Shown in pieces: positions 30,177 to 41,535 of a stretch of DNA of 64,000 nucleotides. The notes beneath the pieces were generated by a model, which searched no databases, was not told the origin of the DNA, and was given only the letters and a program-made list of their open reading frames with translations. The stretch is taken from assembly GCA_977020255.1 (NCBI GenBank), contig CDROCS010002105.1, forward strand, positions 1 through 64,000. Reading direction: 5' to 3'. How positions within the stretch are numbered: position 1 is the first letter of the stretch; every line of letters starts with the position of its first letter. The translations under genes were made by a program, and so were the position numbers. The stretch is from Obrimoposthia wandeli (Eukaryota).

Positions 30177-32006
30177 ATGAAAATAAAAAATAAATTACTT
30201 TGTTTGACAGGGTTGTCGGTGCTTGCCTTGTTGTTAGTGTTAACGGTAACCAACTTTGCTAATGAACGTATCATGAAAGTTGATAAAACAATTACAGATG
30301 TTAAATCGTTAGAAGTTTCACTGCTTACTTTACGTCGAAATGAAAAAGATTTTTTGGCGCGTTTAGACCTGAAATATCAAAATAAATTTTTGGACAATTA
30401 TTCTGTGTTTGAAAATAAGACACAAAATTTGAGTGCCGAACTGGATGAGTTATCAATAAATGTACCAAGCTTGAATAACTTAATGCCTAAGATGCAAAAT
30501 TATAAAACGAGTTATCTTGAGCTGATTAGAAGTTACCAAACCCTTGGCTTGAAACATTCTGAGGGACAGTATAAAGCGATGTTTGAACAGTCTGATAGTC
30601 TGGTGGAGCATGCTGTTCATGAAGGTGTAAACGAGAATGTTGTTTATTCATTGATCCTTAAAGCAGAGTTGTTTGCGTTTTCAAATGAACGTAAATATTC
30701 TGATGAGTACCATGATTTATATAAGAAGCTTGGTAACATTCAAGATTTCGACCTAAAAGAAGCGCTTGTACAGTTTAACCATACATTTAATCAGATGAGT
30801 GAGCAAAAGGCGCTGATTGGTTTTGCCCATGATGAAGGGTTACGAGGCCAGATCCGTACGGCCTCTCATCAGGTTGAAGCAATGTTCTCTGAACTGGAAA
30901 AACAGCTAGATAGCGAGTTAACAGAAGCTAAAAGCCGTGTAATGACCATAATAACGGTTACTGTTGTGATAGTGGTTATCATGTTGGCTGTGTTGTCATT
31001 GTTTATTAGTAACGGTATTCAACGAAGCATCAACAATCTCAGTAACTTGATGTCAGATATTTCCAGTAGCCATGACTTAACCCGTGTAGCAGATGAGAGC
31101 GGTAAAGATGAGCTGGCCGAGATGGCGTCTAATTTTAATGGTCTTTTAGCGAGTGTTCGTCAGCTAATTGGTAACGTTCAATCAACGATCACCGAGTTGG
31201 GTGCTGCCTCTGAGCAGTTACAGCAAAATAGTCAGGCGACAGAATCCGCTTTAGCTCAACAGCAGTTAGAGACAGATTCGGTAGCCACGGCAGTGACTGA
31301 GATGGGAGAAACGGTCAAGGAGATCGCATCCACGACAGAAGGTGCAGCCGCTAATGCCAATAGAAGTAATCAAGCTGCGGATTCCGGTCTCGCTGAAATC
31401 AAATTAACGAAAGAGCATATTACTTCACTGTCTGGTGAGTTAGCTAAAACAAGTGATGAAATTATTAGCTTGTCAGAGCTTTCAGTAAATATTGGCACAG
31501 TGCTGGAAGTGATCCGTGGCATTGCAGAACAAACCAACCTATTGGCACTGAATGCAGCCATAGAGGCGGCACGAGCTGGCGAACAGGGGAGAGGGTTTGC
31601 AGTTGTGGCAGATGAAGTGCGTACACTTGCTTCCCGTACTCAGCAATCTACCGAAGAAATTTCAGCTATTATTAGTTCGGTTCAAAATCAGACAGGGGTT
31701 GTTGTTGAGCAAATTGCAAGTTGTCGCACGCAAGGTGAACAGAGTGTTGAGCGGGCTAGTAGCGCTGAAATTAAGATTGAACAAATCATGGATGATATGC
31801 AGCAGGTATTGGACAATAGCCTCCAAATTGCAGCCGCAGTAGAGCAGCAAAGTATTGTGGCAGCCGATATTAGCCAGAATGTAACGTCTATTCGTGATAT
31901 CACCGAAGATAATTCAAATGCTGTACATCAGAACTCTCAGGCTGCCAGTGCGATTGCAGAGCAAACGAGAGAACTAGATAAAGCCATTGCCAGCTTTAAT
32001 GTTTAG
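30177..32006 (+). CDS. Methyl-accepting chemotaxis protein
   Basis: 2 [40 protein letters not shown]. Confidence 0.96.
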   Translation: MKIKNKLLCLTGLSVLALLLVLTVTNFANERIMKVDKTITDVKSLEVSLLTLRRNEKDFLARLDLKYQNKFLDNYSVFENKTQNLSAELDELSINVPSLNNLMPKMQNYKTSYLELIRSYQTLGLKHSEGQYKAMFEQSDSLVEHAVHEGVNENVVYSLILKAELFAFSNERKYSDEYHDLYKKLGNIQDFDLKEALVQFNHTFNQMSEQKALIGFAHDEGLRGQIRTASHQVEAMFSELEKQLDSELTEAKSRVMTIITVTVVIVVIMLAVLSLFISNGIQRSINNLSNLMSDISSSHDLTRVADESGKDELAEMASNFNGLLASVRQLIGNVQSTITELGAASEQLQQNSQATESALAQQQLETDSVATAVTEMGETVKEIASTTEGAAANANRSNQAADSGLAEIKLTKEHITSLSGELAKTSDEIISLSELSVNIGTVLEVIRGIAEQTNLLALNAAIEAARAGEQGRGFAVVADEVRTLASRTQQSTEEISAIISSVQNQTGVVVEQIASCRTQGEQSVERASSAEIKIEQIMDDMQQVLDNSLQIAAAVEQQSIVAADISQNVTSIRDITEDNSNAVHQNSQAASAIAEQTRELDKAIASFNV

Positions 32007-32054
32007 GTAATGACATTACCTTGGTAAAGCACTTCTCAAATACGTAATCATCGG

Positions 32055-32080
32055 AAAGGTCGCCTCAGGCGGCCTTTTTT
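32055..32080 (+). terminator. Intrinsic terminator
   Basis: aaaggtcgcc-tca-ggcggcc followed by T6. Confidence 0.8.
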
Positions 32081-32319
32081 GTATTGTTCGATCTCCACCT
32101 TTCCATCAGCTGTGTGTTAAAACGCATTGGCGTACTGATACCTTGCCATCGTAAATTGCTCTCGATGTTTCAAACACTGCATTGTTGTTAACGTATTTTT
32201 CCGTCCAATGGGGTTTTCGTCCCCTTACAGTTGTTTTTTCGTGACTATGTCCTAAAAAATCAGCAAGATAAATGATGTCAGCGCTGGCGTTTTTTCAGTA
32301 TTTAAGAAGAGATCTGACT

Positions 32320-33501
32320 ATGAACGCTAAATCAATAAACAAACATCTTCCTTTTTTTATCGAAAAACGACTAGATTCCTTCATTCAGGATCTAATTGAG
32401 CCAAATGAGAACAAGAAGCACCTAGTGTTAGGGAAAAGGCCGCCTGAAGGGGCAGTGGTTATGCAAAGTAACGATTATCTTTCTTTGTCTCATAACCAAT
32501 ATATCCAGTCTGCACATCGGAAGGCGATCTCAGAGCATGATGATAACGTCGTCATGTCTGCGATATTCCAGCAAGATCAGAGTTCTAAACCCGAATTTGA
32601 AACGCAGCTGGCCCAATATCTAGGAATGGGGAGTTGCTTGTTGTCCCAGTCTGGTTGGGCTGCCAATGTGGGGTTGCTCCAAACCATATGTGCTCCAAAG
32701 ATACCGGTGTATATCGACTTCTTTGCCCATATGTCTTTGTGGGAAGGTGCGCGTATTTCTGGTGCTGACATTCATCCATTCAGGCACAACAATGTCGCTC
32801 ACCTGCGCAAGCAGATCCAGCGGTATGGTGAAGGCATTATCTTAGTAGATTCTGTCTACAGTACTATCGGAACCATCGCCCCTCTAGAGGCTATCTACGA
32901 AGTAGCAGAAGAATATGGCTGTGCGTTGGTTGTTGACGAATCTCACTCGCTGGGGACACATGGCCCCAATGGTTCAGGGTTAATCAACGAACTTGGAATA
33001 CGGGATCGCGTTAACTTTGTAACCGTAAGCCTAGCAAAAACGTTCGCCTATCGTGCGGGTGCGATTTTGGGGCCAGAAAAGTTGGCTCAAACCCTGCCAT
33101 TTATTGCTTACCCTGCAATATTCAGTTCAACGGTTTTACCTCAAGAGGTTACTAGACTGGAATCAACACTGAAGGTAATTCAACATGCTGATGAAAAACG
33201 TAGGCGGTTGTTTGAGCGGGCAAACGCATTAAGGGTCGGTCTTAAACAGATTGGCTTCACTATTCGCAGCGAATCACAAATTATTGCTTTGGAATGTGGC
33301 AGCGAGAGAAACACCGAGCGGGTCCGAGATTTTCTTGAAGACCGCAATGTATTTGGTGCTGTATTCTGCCGCCCAGCAACTGGCAAAAACAGAAATATAA
33401 TCCGACTATCCGTTAATGCTGACATGACGGAAAAGGATGTTGACCACGTACTGACGGTATGCCAAGCAGCTTTTGATAGTTCGGCGTTGGAATTTATTTG
33501 A
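32320..33501 (+). CDS. cqsA: CAI-1 autoinducer synthase (PLP-dependent)
   Basis: HLVLGKRP, QSNDYL, SQSGW.AN, DFFAHMSLWEG, VDESHSLGTHG, SLAKTFAYRAG; adjacent to cqsS. Confidence 0.96.
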   Translation: MNAKSINKHLPFFIEKRLDSFIQDLIEPNENKKHLVLGKRPPEGAVVMQSNDYLSLSHNQYIQSAHRKAISEHDDNVVMSAIFQQDQSSKPEFETQLAQYLGMGSCLLSQSGWAANVGLLQTICAPKIPVYIDFFAHMSLWEGARISGADIHPFRHNNVAHLRKQIQRYGEGIILVDSVYSTIGTIAPLEAIYEVAEEYGCALVVDESHSLGTHGPNGSGLINELGIRDRVNFVTVSLAKTFAYRAGAILGPEKLAQTLPFIAYPAIFSSTVLPQEVTRLESTLKVIQHADEKRRRLFERANALRVGLKQIGFTIRSESQIIALECGSERNTERVRDFLEDRNVFGAVFCRPATGKNRNIIRLSVNADMTEKDVDHVLTVCQAAFDSSALEFI

Positions 33502-33521
33502 TTAAGCAATAGCCCCTCCCC

Positions 33522-33556
33522 AAAAAAAAGGACCTGCATAACGCAGGTCCCTTCTT
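33522..33556. terminator. Shared terminator between convergent cqsA and cqsS
   Basis: A8-ggacctgc-ataac-gcaggtcc-cttctt. Confidence 0.75.
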
Positions 33557-33557
33557 A

Positions 33558-35624
33558 TTAAACTAAGTTGGCAATTTTTTTTAACAGCAGATCTTTGTCT
33601 GCGGGCTTAACGATATAGTCTGAAATGCCTGATAACTTGATTGAATCTAGAGCGATTAGCGATACATTCCCTGTATGGGCAATGATTGGTACTGTCGAAA
33701 ACCCCTTACTTGATGCTCGGATAAGGCGCGAAGCTTCTATACCGTCTAGTTCTGGCATCTCGATGTCCATGAGGATTAGGTCAACAGGATCGGTATCTAA
33801 GGCTTCAATGGCTTGCCTTCCTCCTTCAAACTGGATGACATCAAAACCTTGCTTTTCCAATAACACGGCCGTGAGTTTGCGTAAAGACTCGCTGTCATCC
33901 ACTACCATGATAGTGCGTTTAGCGTGTTCTACTGTATTTTGAGGTTGAGCTGGTTCACTTATATCTTCATGGGAATTAAACAGCAAACCATTAATGATTG
34001 AGTCGGCATTCTTTAGCCACGTTTTTGTTTCTATCCAGACTGGGGGGAACTCCGGTTTTTTATAGCGTTTTATTGGGTGATGGAGTAAGCAAACAATGTT
34101 GGATTCGGTAGATGACAGCAATGACTCGATCCGATCTAGATGATTGTGCCGTGAGTCCATACTATCGAAATCAATAAGAAGAAGATCATATTCATGCTCC
34201 TTTTTATTCAGCATGGCTGCTACATCTAGCACTATAAGCTCAAAACCCAGAGTGCGGCTTAAATCTTGATTTCTGGCTATCAGGCTCTCATTGTCACTCA
34301 CCAGTAAAACGGACTTCTGACTGATTAGCTCACCCTGAATTTCTTTGATGGCTTTTGACTGAACAGATGGGAATGTCATCGTAAATTGGCACCCTTCACC
34401 AGGCTCTGATTTGCATTGAATGTGGCCACCAAATGACACTATCATCTTTTTACAAAATGGTAATCCCAATCCAATATTACCTGTCTTGCCTGTGGTATAA
34501 AAATCTTGAAATATCTTTCCGATGACATCTGGAGTGATACCAATACCGTTGTCTATCACCACGATTTGGTTTTCCTCTTTCCCCACCTTAAGTATCACAT
34601 GTATATAGAAATCGTCAGAATTACGGTGATGGAAAGCATTTTTAAACAAATTGAACATGACGTATCGAAGCAATGTACCGTTACCCAAAAACTCAAAATC
34701 GCTGCATACATCCAAAGAAATGGCTAATCGATCTTTCGATTGTTTGTAGCTATAACTTTCTATAGCACTTTCCACGACCGCCAAGGCAGAATGATGCCTG
34801 AATGTTGAACGAGACACGGCGCTTTCATCAACGGAGGCAAGAAGCAAATCGATGGTCTCATTCCCGCCATGGATGATTTTCATTGCAGCATCACTGACAT
34901 TCTGCAGTAATGAAACGTCCTCTGCGGAGAGCTGATATGTTGCTTTTTTCTCTTCTTTTTGGGTGGGAATAAGCGATTGGATGACGTTAACTGACGAGTA
35001 CAGACCACTCAGTGGGTTTCGCATTTCATGGGCAATTCCGGCACCGAACATTTTGGCTATCGATACCTTGTTTTCATGCTCTACTTGATTACGTAAATAG
35101 AATGCGTTCCCGAATATGTAGATAAAGAAGAATATCGGTATATGACTCCAATCAAGTGCAATATCCAGACTGAAGTCTTTTGCTATCCACGCGCAGATAA
35201 CGGCAAGTGTTATTCCTATGATTGTCTGGGTGAACATCACTCGGGTGATATGCACCAGCAAGATATGCAGGAAAATGGCTGACATAAATGACATAAGCCA
35301 GACTGTTGACCAATTGTTCATTATCAACATATAAAAAAAGAAGAATGGTAGGCACAGTGTTATTACCACCTGATAGTACAGGTGCATACGAGTACGCCAT
35401 TTACGTTTAAGTTTTTTGCGGACAATGATCCCCAAAAAAAGCAACGAACAGGCAAGTCTCAACGTCAGACTTTCATAGGGTTGGGGGAAAATGTACGTCC
35501 ATATGACATAGTAGAGGGGAAAACCAATAAAACCCATCCAGCCTACCAGAGAAAGGTTAGGTTCTGCATATTGATAAACTGTTTGTATTGCTGTTTTGAC
35601 ACTCATAAATGACAACCATCCCAA
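33558..35624 (-). CDS. cqsS: CAI-1 sensor hybrid histidine kinase (start may be M7)
   Basis: VYQYAEPNL N-terminus, 6 TM, GAGIAHEMRNPLS, GIGI/GLGL boxes, C-terminal REC (LMDIEMP). Confidence 0.96.
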   Translation of the reverse strand: MGWLSFMSVKTAIQTVYQYAEPNLSLVGWMGFIGFPLYYVIWTYIFPQPYESLTLRLACSLLFLGIIVRKKLKRKWRTRMHLYYQVVITLCLPFFFFYMLIMNNWSTVWLMSFMSAIFLHILLVHITRVMFTQTIIGITLAVICAWIAKDFSLDIALDWSHIPIFFFIYIFGNAFYLRNQVEHENKVSIAKMFGAGIAHEMRNPLSGLYSSVNVIQSLIPTQKEEKKATYQLSAEDVSLLQNVSDAAMKIIHGGNETIDLLLASVDESAVSRSTFRHHSALAVVESAIESYSYKQSKDRLAISLDVCSDFEFLGNGTLLRYVMFNLFKNAFHHRNSDDFYIHVILKVGKEENQIVVIDNGIGITPDVIGKIFQDFYTTGKTGNIGLGLPFCKKMIVSFGGHIQCKSEPGEGCQFTMTFPSVQSKAIKEIQGELISQKSVLLVSDNESLIARNQDLSRTLGFELIVLDVAAMLNKKEHEYDLLLIDFDSMDSRHNHLDRIESLLSSTESNIVCLLHHPIKRYKKPEFPPVWIETKTWLKNADSIINGLLFNSHEDISEPAQPQNTVEHAKRTIMVVDDSESLRKLTAVLLEKQGFDVIQFEGGRQAIEALDTDPVDLILMDIEMPELDGIEASRLIRASSKGFSTVPIIAHTGNVSLIALDSIKLSGISDYIVKPADKDLLLKKIANLV

Positions 35625-35744
35625 CTAACAAAACTTAACCATTAAACATATCAAGGTAACCATGACCCTCATGGCGTGGTATTACCCATCAATAAACTGA
35701 TGAGTATCGTCGCAGGGAAACAAGTATTTCCACGACTGAAAAAT

Positions 35745-35775
35745 GAGTGCAGCATCTTGAGGTAACTTGGGTATA
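35745..35775. repeat. End of a Vibrionaceae ERIC-like/MITE repeat
   Basis: gcatcttgaggtaacttgggtata is shared with 57378-57400 and, inverted, with 45546-45569. Confidence 0.7.
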
Positions 35776-36438
35776 TAATATAATGCATTAAATGTTAGAC
35801 AATAAACGGTGATATATTCAACCCTTCCTCAAACATGCGACGATACACACAAAAAATTCCGTTTTGACCTTAAAACATCAGCCGAATATCATCCAGATAT
35901 CACTATCAACACGTTCATCATATTGCCAATGTTAGAAATAAAAAAACAATACTTTTTGTTATCCTCCGCTCCACTTTATGGTATGTGACCAATTATCCAC
36001 AGTCGTTATTTTCCTTCTCCTGATTTTTAGTTTCAGATTTTTAGCCTCAAATCCCAGTTTGATATCAAAGCTGTTTTCTTGCGTTTTCTCAACATCTTTT
36101 GTGGCGAGAATACAGTCGTTCTATAACTCGTTAGTCGGTTCGTTCAATAGATAAAAAATGGATCAAGCGATCAGGCTCTTACTCAATGTTAATGGAGGCT
36201 GGTAAACACTGATCATTTGACAATTTAAAATCATAGTTCGTATCAATATAGTTGAACAAACGCATGATAAGTTGTTTTCGACACAAAACATTTCAATTAA
36301 ATTCCGGCTTTCTCGTATCACAAGCATTACTTTACTAATCATTGCCTTATGTTTTGATCTTGAATTTTGATGCTTGTGAAAATCATTACTGCACGAAACA
36401 TTTTTTTGACTTACCTTTGAGAAGATGTAAGTCTATTT

Positions 36439-36458
36439 TTAATTAAACGTTCAATTAA
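36439..36458. promoter_or_regulatory. BetI operator
   Basis: TTAATTAAACGTTCAATTAA has one mismatch to the perfect TTAATTGAACGTTCAATTAA palindrome; 20 bp upstream of betI. Confidence 0.85.
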
Positions 36459-36478
36459 AAAACATTTGAGTAACATTT

Positions 36479-37072
36479 ATGCCGAAGGTAGGGATGCCAG
36501 AAATACGTCGACCTCAGCTTGTCGAGGCCACAATGAGCGTTATTGATGAGGTTGGATTATCGAATGCAAGTGTCGCCTTGATTAGTCGAAAGGCAGGTGT
36601 ATCTCCAGGGATCATTAATCACTATTTTGGTGGTAAACATGGTTTGTTGGAAGAAACAATGCGTACGGTGTTACGTCAGTTATCGACCTCATCAATCGAG
36701 CATCTTCGTGCTGTTGACCGTAATGATGTAAAGGCAAGAATCAAGGCAATTGTCGCCGCTAATTTCGATAGCTATCAAGTCGAAAGCAAAGTTGTTAAGA
36801 CATGGGTGGCATTTTGGGCACAGTCAATGCACGATGGCGATCTGCATCGACTCCAGCGTGTTAACGAACGCCGCCTCTTGTCACACCTTAGCTATGAACT
36901 CAAGCAAGTTTTACCCGCTGAACAAGCCCTCTTTGTCGCGCAGGGAATTGCCGCACTAATCGATGGGATCTGGCTGCGAGGCGCGCTGAATCCTAAAGGG
37001 ATTTGCCCCGATAAAGCACAACAGATCATTTCCGATTATCTGGAAAAGCAACTCGCCCCTTACTTGGACTGA
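36479..37072 (+). CDS. betI: Choline-responsive TetR-family repressor
   Basis: [15 protein letters not shown]-terminus; [11 protein letters not shown]. Confidence 0.96.
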   Translation: MPKVGMPEIRRPQLVEATMSVIDEVGLSNASVALISRKAGVSPGIINHYFGGKHGLLEETMRTVLRQLSTSSIEHLRAVDRNDVKARIKAIVAANFDSYQVESKVVKTWVAFWAQSMHDGDLHRLQRVNERRLLSHLSYELKQVLPAEQALFVAQGIAALIDGIWLRGALNPKGICPDKAQQIISDYLEKQLAPYLD

Positions 37073-37112
37073 CGCGCAATATCATAATAAAAATACTAAT
37101 TATCAAGGCATT

Positions 37113-38576
37113 TTGATGAAAATGAAGTCCCTTTACATCCATGGTCAAGCAACTGATGTTTCATCAGGTGAAACCTTTATAACCGCTAACCCTGCAACGG
37201 GCGAACAATTGGCTGAAATCGGTCAAGCATCAACTCAAGATGTTGATCGTGCTATTGCATCAGCGCAAGCTGGCTTCAAAGTGTGGTCAGCAATGAGTGG
37301 TATTGAACGCGGTCGTATCTTGATGCGTGCGGTGGCCATTCTTAGAGAGCGTAATGACGAGCTGGCTGAATTAGAAGTTAAAGATACAGGTAAACCGATC
37401 CAAGAAGCGATCGAGGTCGATATTGTTACGGGTACGGATGTTATCGAGTATTACGCGGGGCTTGCCGCTGCGATTCAAGGGCAGCAACAAGATTTGGGGC
37501 ATGGTCAGTTTTTCTATACCCGCCGTGAACCACTAGGCGTTTGTGCTGGTATCGGCGCGTGGAATTACCCTATTCAGATTGCAATGTGGAAATCGGCACC
37601 AGCATTGGCGGCGGGTAATGCGATGGTGTTTAAGCCTTCGGAAGAAACGCCGTTGTCGGTATTGAAATTAGCAGAAATCTTCACCGAGGCTGGTGTGCCT
37701 GATGGCGTTTTTAACGTTGTACAGGGGGATTATCGTGTCGGTCAAATGCTGTCTCGTCACCCAGACATTGCCAAAATTTCGTTCACTGGTGAGTCAGGCA
37801 CTGGTAAGAAAGTAATGGCAGATGCTGCCGGTACGCTCAAAGATATTACGATGGAGCTGGGTGGGAAATCACCACTGATTGTGTTTGATGATGCCAAGCT
37901 AGATAACGCGGTTTCTGCCGCTATGTTAGCTAATTTTTACACCCAAGGCGAAGTCTGCACCAATGGTACCCGTGTGTTTGTACATGATGCCATTTACGAT
38001 GATTTCATAGAACAACTAGCACACCGAACCAACAAATTGGTTATCGGTAATCCTGCTGATATGTCGACCCAAATCGGTGCGCTTATCTCTGGTGAACACC
38101 TGGGAAAAGTACTCGGTTTTATTCAAGCGGGTAAAGAGTCTGGCGCGCGTCTTATCTGCGGGGGTAGCCGTGAAACGGGCAACGGACTCGATAAGGGATA
38201 TTTTGTTCAACCGACCATTTTTGCCGATTGTACTGATGACATGCCTCAGGTACAGGAAGAGATTTTTGGTCCTGTAATGTCGATACTGCGATTTACTGAT
38301 GAAGATGAAGTAATCGAGCGAGCAAATGCAACGCAGTACGGACTTGCCGCTGGGCTATTTACCCAAAACCTTTCTCGCGCTCATCGTGTTATTGCTCAAA
38401 TAGACGCGGGAATTTGTTGGGTGAACACTTGGGGCGGTTCGCCGGCTCAAATGCCAGTGGGTGGCTACAAACAATCTGGCATTGGTCGTGAAAATGGCAT
38501 AGACACACTTAACCATTACACCCAGAACAAGAGCGTAATGATTGAGCTTGGCGATCTTGAGTGTCCTTACGATTAA
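37113..38576 (+). CDS. betB: Betaine aldehyde dehydrogenase
   Basis: [31 protein letters not shown]. Confidence 0.96.
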   Translation: MMKMKSLYIHGQATDVSSGETFITANPATGEQLAEIGQASTQDVDRAIASAQAGFKVWSAMSGIERGRILMRAVAILRERNDELAELEVKDTGKPIQEAIEVDIVTGTDVIEYYAGLAAAIQGQQQDLGHGQFFYTRREPLGVCAGIGAWNYPIQIAMWKSAPALAAGNAMVFKPSEETPLSVLKLAEIFTEAGVPDGVFNVVQGDYRVGQMLSRHPDIAKISFTGESGTGKKVMADAAGTLKDITMELGGKSPLIVFDDAKLDNAVSAAMLANFYTQGEVCTNGTRVFVHDAIYDDFIEQLAHRTNKLVIGNPADMSTQIGALISGEHLGKVLGFIQAGKESGARLICGGSRETGNGLDKGYFVQPTIFADCTDDMPQVQEEIFGPVMSILRFTDEDEVIERANATQYGLAAGLFTQNLSRAHRVIAQIDAGICWVNTWGGSPAQMPVGGYKQSGIGRENGIDTLNHYTQNKSVMIELGDLECPYD

Positions 38577-38593
38577 ACTGAAAGGGAAATCAA

Positions 38594-40288
38594 ATGAACA
38601 CAACGTATGATTACATCATTGTCGGCGCGGGATCTGCTGGCTGTGTGCTGGCCGACCGTTTAAGCGCTTCGGGCGAACACCATATCCTACTGCTTGAAGC
38701 AGGTGGAAGTGACAAAAGCATCTTCATTCAAATGCCAACCGCATTGTCATACCCAATGAACAGTGAAAAATATGCATGGCAATTCGAAACCCAACCTGAG
38801 GCTGGTCTTGATAACCGAAGCCTACATTGTCCGCGAGGGCGTGTACTGGGTGGTAGTTCTTCGATTAATGGCATGGTGTATGTGCGTGGCCATGCTTGCG
38901 ATTATGATGAGTGGGTAGAGCAGGGTGCTGCGGGCTGGAGTTATCAAGAGTGTCTGCCGTATTTCCGCCGTGCTGAATCATGGATTCGTGGAGAAAATGC
39001 CTACCGCGGAGGCGATGGTCCTGTTGGCACATGTAATGGTAACGACATGGAACTTAACCCGCTGTATCAAGCCTTTATTGATGCAGGGCAACAAGCTGGC
39101 TACCCGAAAACTGATGACTATAACGGTTATCAGCAAGAAGGTTTTGGTCCTATGCATATGACGGTCGATAAAGGTGTACGAGCCTCTACCTCAAATGCCT
39201 ACCTGCGCCGCGCTATGAAGCGCAGTAACCTAACCGTGAAAAAAGGTGTGGTAACCCGCAAGGTACTGATCAAAAACAAGCAAGCGATAGGTGTTGAAAT
39301 AGAAATCAGCGGCAAAGTGCAGTCTGTTTATGCTAACACTGAAGTGCTGCTGTCGGCGGGCTCTGTCGGTTCCCCTCAGCTTCTTCAGTTATCAGGTATT
39401 GGTCCTAAAGCGGTATTAGAACAAGCAGGAATTGCTGTTGAACAAGACTTGCCGGGTGTTGGTGAGAACCTGCAAGATCACCTTGAAGTTTATTTCCAAT
39501 ATGCCTGTCACCAGCCAATTACTCTAAACAGTAAGCTGGGGCTGATTAGCAAAGGTTTAATTGGCACGCGTTGGATACTGAAAAAAGATGGTTTAGGCGC
39601 AACCAACCACTTTGAATCATGCGCCTTTATTCGCTCTCGTGCGGGGCTGAAATGGCCAAACATTCAATATCACTTCTTACCTGCAGCTATGCGATATGAC
39701 GGCCAAGCCGCCTTTGATGGTCATGGTTTCCAAGTGCATGTAGGTCCGAATAAACCGCAAAGCCGTGGTCGTATTTGGATAACATCGGCCGATCCGCACC
39801 AAAAACCAAAGATTGAATTCAACTACATCAGCACCGAACAAGATAAGCAAGACTGGCGCGATTGCATTCGCCTAACGCGTGAAATATTGGCTCAGCCAGC
39901 CATGGACGATTATCGTGGCGAAGAGATTCAGCCTGGGATTGATATTACCAGTGATGAAGCGATGGATGCTTGGGTTCGCCAAAATGTAGAAAGCGCCTAC
40001 CACCCGTCTTGCACCTGCAAAATGGGAGCAGATAACGATCCAATGACAGTGCTTAATCAAGATTGCCAAGTTCGAGGAATCGAGTCTTTACGAGTGATCG
40101 ACTCTTCTGTTTTCCCGACAATACCTAATGGCAACCTTAATGCCCCGACCATCATGGTAGCCGAAAAGGCAGCAGATGCCATCTTAGGAAATTCACCACT
40201 GGCACCATCAAGCGCACCGACGTGGATCGCACCGCAATGGGAAACAGAACAACGTAATGGTGCCGCTCAACGCCCAGCGTTTCCTTAA
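38594..40288 (+). CDS. betA: Choline dehydrogenase (GMC oxidoreductase)
   Basis: [42 protein letters not shown]. Confidence 0.97.
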   Translation: MNTTYDYIIVGAGSAGCVLADRLSASGEHHILLLEAGGSDKSIFIQMPTALSYPMNSEKYAWQFETQPEAGLDNRSLHCPRGRVLGGSSSINGMVYVRGHACDYDEWVEQGAAGWSYQECLPYFRRAESWIRGENAYRGGDGPVGTCNGNDMELNPLYQAFIDAGQQAGYPKTDDYNGYQQEGFGPMHMTVDKGVRASTSNAYLRRAMKRSNLTVKKGVVTRKVLIKNKQAIGVEIEISGKVQSVYANTEVLLSAGSVGSPQLLQLSGIGPKAVLEQAGIAVEQDLPGVGENLQDHLEVYFQYACHQPITLNSKLGLISKGLIGTRWILKKDGLGATNHFESCAFIRSRAGLKWPNIQYHFLPAAMRYDGQAAFDGHGFQVHVGPNKPQSRGRIWITSADPHQKPKIEFNYISTEQDKQDWRDCIRLTREILAQPAMDDYRGEEIQPGIDITSDEAMDAWVRQNVESAYHPSCTCKMGADNDPMTVLNQDCQVRGIESLRVIDSSVFPTIPNGNLNAPTIMVAEKAADAILGNSPLAPSSAPTWIAPQWETEQRNGAAQRPAFP

Positions 40289-40456
40289 CAAAGAAAATAA
40301 TTACTTAATTACTTAACTAACTAGCGACAAGACTTGGTTGGGAACGTTTTTACGTTTCCCTCGGGTTACTACAGCCTAAAAATGGATAGTTACATCAAAA
40401 AACGAATAGCTGCATGAATCAGCTTCAGCATAAAAATATGGATAAAAGGAAAAGTC

Positions 40457-41407
40457 ATGAAGACGAATATAGCCATTAAACACACAATTATCGGTAGTAC
40501 AGCTTTATTATTAAGTTTTTCTGCATCAACGGCCTTTGCCGCTCAATGCGACACGGTACGTTTCTCTGATGTAGGTTGGACAGATATTACTGCAACAACC
40601 GCGATTACCAGCGAAGTGCTTAAAGGGCTTGGTTACCAAACATCAACGCAGCTGCTGTCTGTACCTGTCACCTATTCTTCTATGGCAAACAAAGATATCG
40701 ATGTTTTTTTAGGTAACTGGATGCCGACAATGGAAGCAGACATTGCCAAATATCACAAAGATGGTTCAGTTGAAACCGTTCGCGCTAACTTAGAAGGGGC
40801 GAAATACACCCTTGCTGTACCCAAGTATGTTTACGATGCTGGTGTACGTAGCTTTGCCGACCTAGCAAAACACAAAGATGAATTCCGCGGGCGTATCTAT
40901 GGTATCGAACCGGGTAACGATGGTAATCGCCTGATCCAAGACATGCTCGATCAGAATGCATTTGATCTGAAAAGCTTCCGCTTAGTCGAATCAAGTGAAG
41001 CAGGCATGATGTCGCAAGTAAAACGTTCGGTTAACCGCGAGCAATGGATCGCCTTTTTAGGCTGGGCACCTCACCCAATGAACAGCAACTTTGACATGGT
41101 TTATCTAGACGGCGGTGATGACTTCTTTGGTCCTAATTATGGTGGGGCGAGTGTCCATACCAATGTTCGCCAAGGCTATTTGGAAACGTGTTCGAATGTT
41201 GGTCAACTATTGCAAAACTTGAGCTTTAGTTTGGAAATGGAAAGCCAATTGATGGGTAACATTTTAGACGACAAAGCTAAACCAGAGGCTGCCGCAAAAG
41301 CGTGGCTAAAAGCTAACCCGCAAGTATTAGAACAATGGCTAAATAAAGTAACGGCGCGTGATGGCAGCAATGCTGATGAAGCTGTGAAGACTTATCTGAA
41401 TATTTAA
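40457..41407 (+). CDS. proX: Choline/glycine betaine ABC transporter substrate-binding protein (ChoX-like)
   Basis: DVGWTDI, FLGNWMP, YGIEPGNDGN, FLGWAPHPMN. Confidence 0.92.
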   Translation: MKTNIAIKHTIIGSTALLLSFSASTAFAAQCDTVRFSDVGWTDITATTAITSEVLKGLGYQTSTQLLSVPVTYSSMANKDIDVFLGNWMPTMEADIAKYHKDGSVETVRANLEGAKYTLAVPKYVYDAGVRSFADLAKHKDEFRGRIYGIEPGNDGNRLIQDMLDQNAFDLKSFRLVESSEAGMMSQVKRSVNREQWIAFLGWAPHPMNSNFDMVYLDGGDDFFGPNYGGASVHTNVRQGYLETCSNVGQLLQNLSFSLEMESQLMGNILDDKAKPEAAAKAWLKANPQVLEQWLNKVTARDGSNADEAVKTYLNI

Positions 41408-41420
41408 TACAAAGCCCAAT

Positions 41421-41461
41421 GCTGGCTCTGCTGCCACCGTAATGCGTGGCAGCAAGTCGGC
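41421..41461 (+). other. Intercistronic stem-loop after the binding-protein gene
   Basis: tgctgccac-N8-gtggcagca with an extendable stem and no U tract. Confidence 0.55.
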
Positions 41462-41535
41462 GCTATCGTTACATACAGAACGACCTAAAATACCAATACA
41501 TATACAAAAACAATATGGACCATTAAGGAGTAACA

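Noticed and set aside
35569-36248. LuxR/HapR-like TATTGATA half-sites (35569; 36241-36248 on the minus strand)
   Set aside because: Only half-site matches; one is dictated by cqsS codons; cannot be supported without a PWM scan
35776-36400. Hidden ORF or Qrr sRNA between cqsS and betI
   Set aside because: Only short frames without convincing SD; the Qrr core GGGTCACCTAGCCAACTGAC and a sigma54 box were not found
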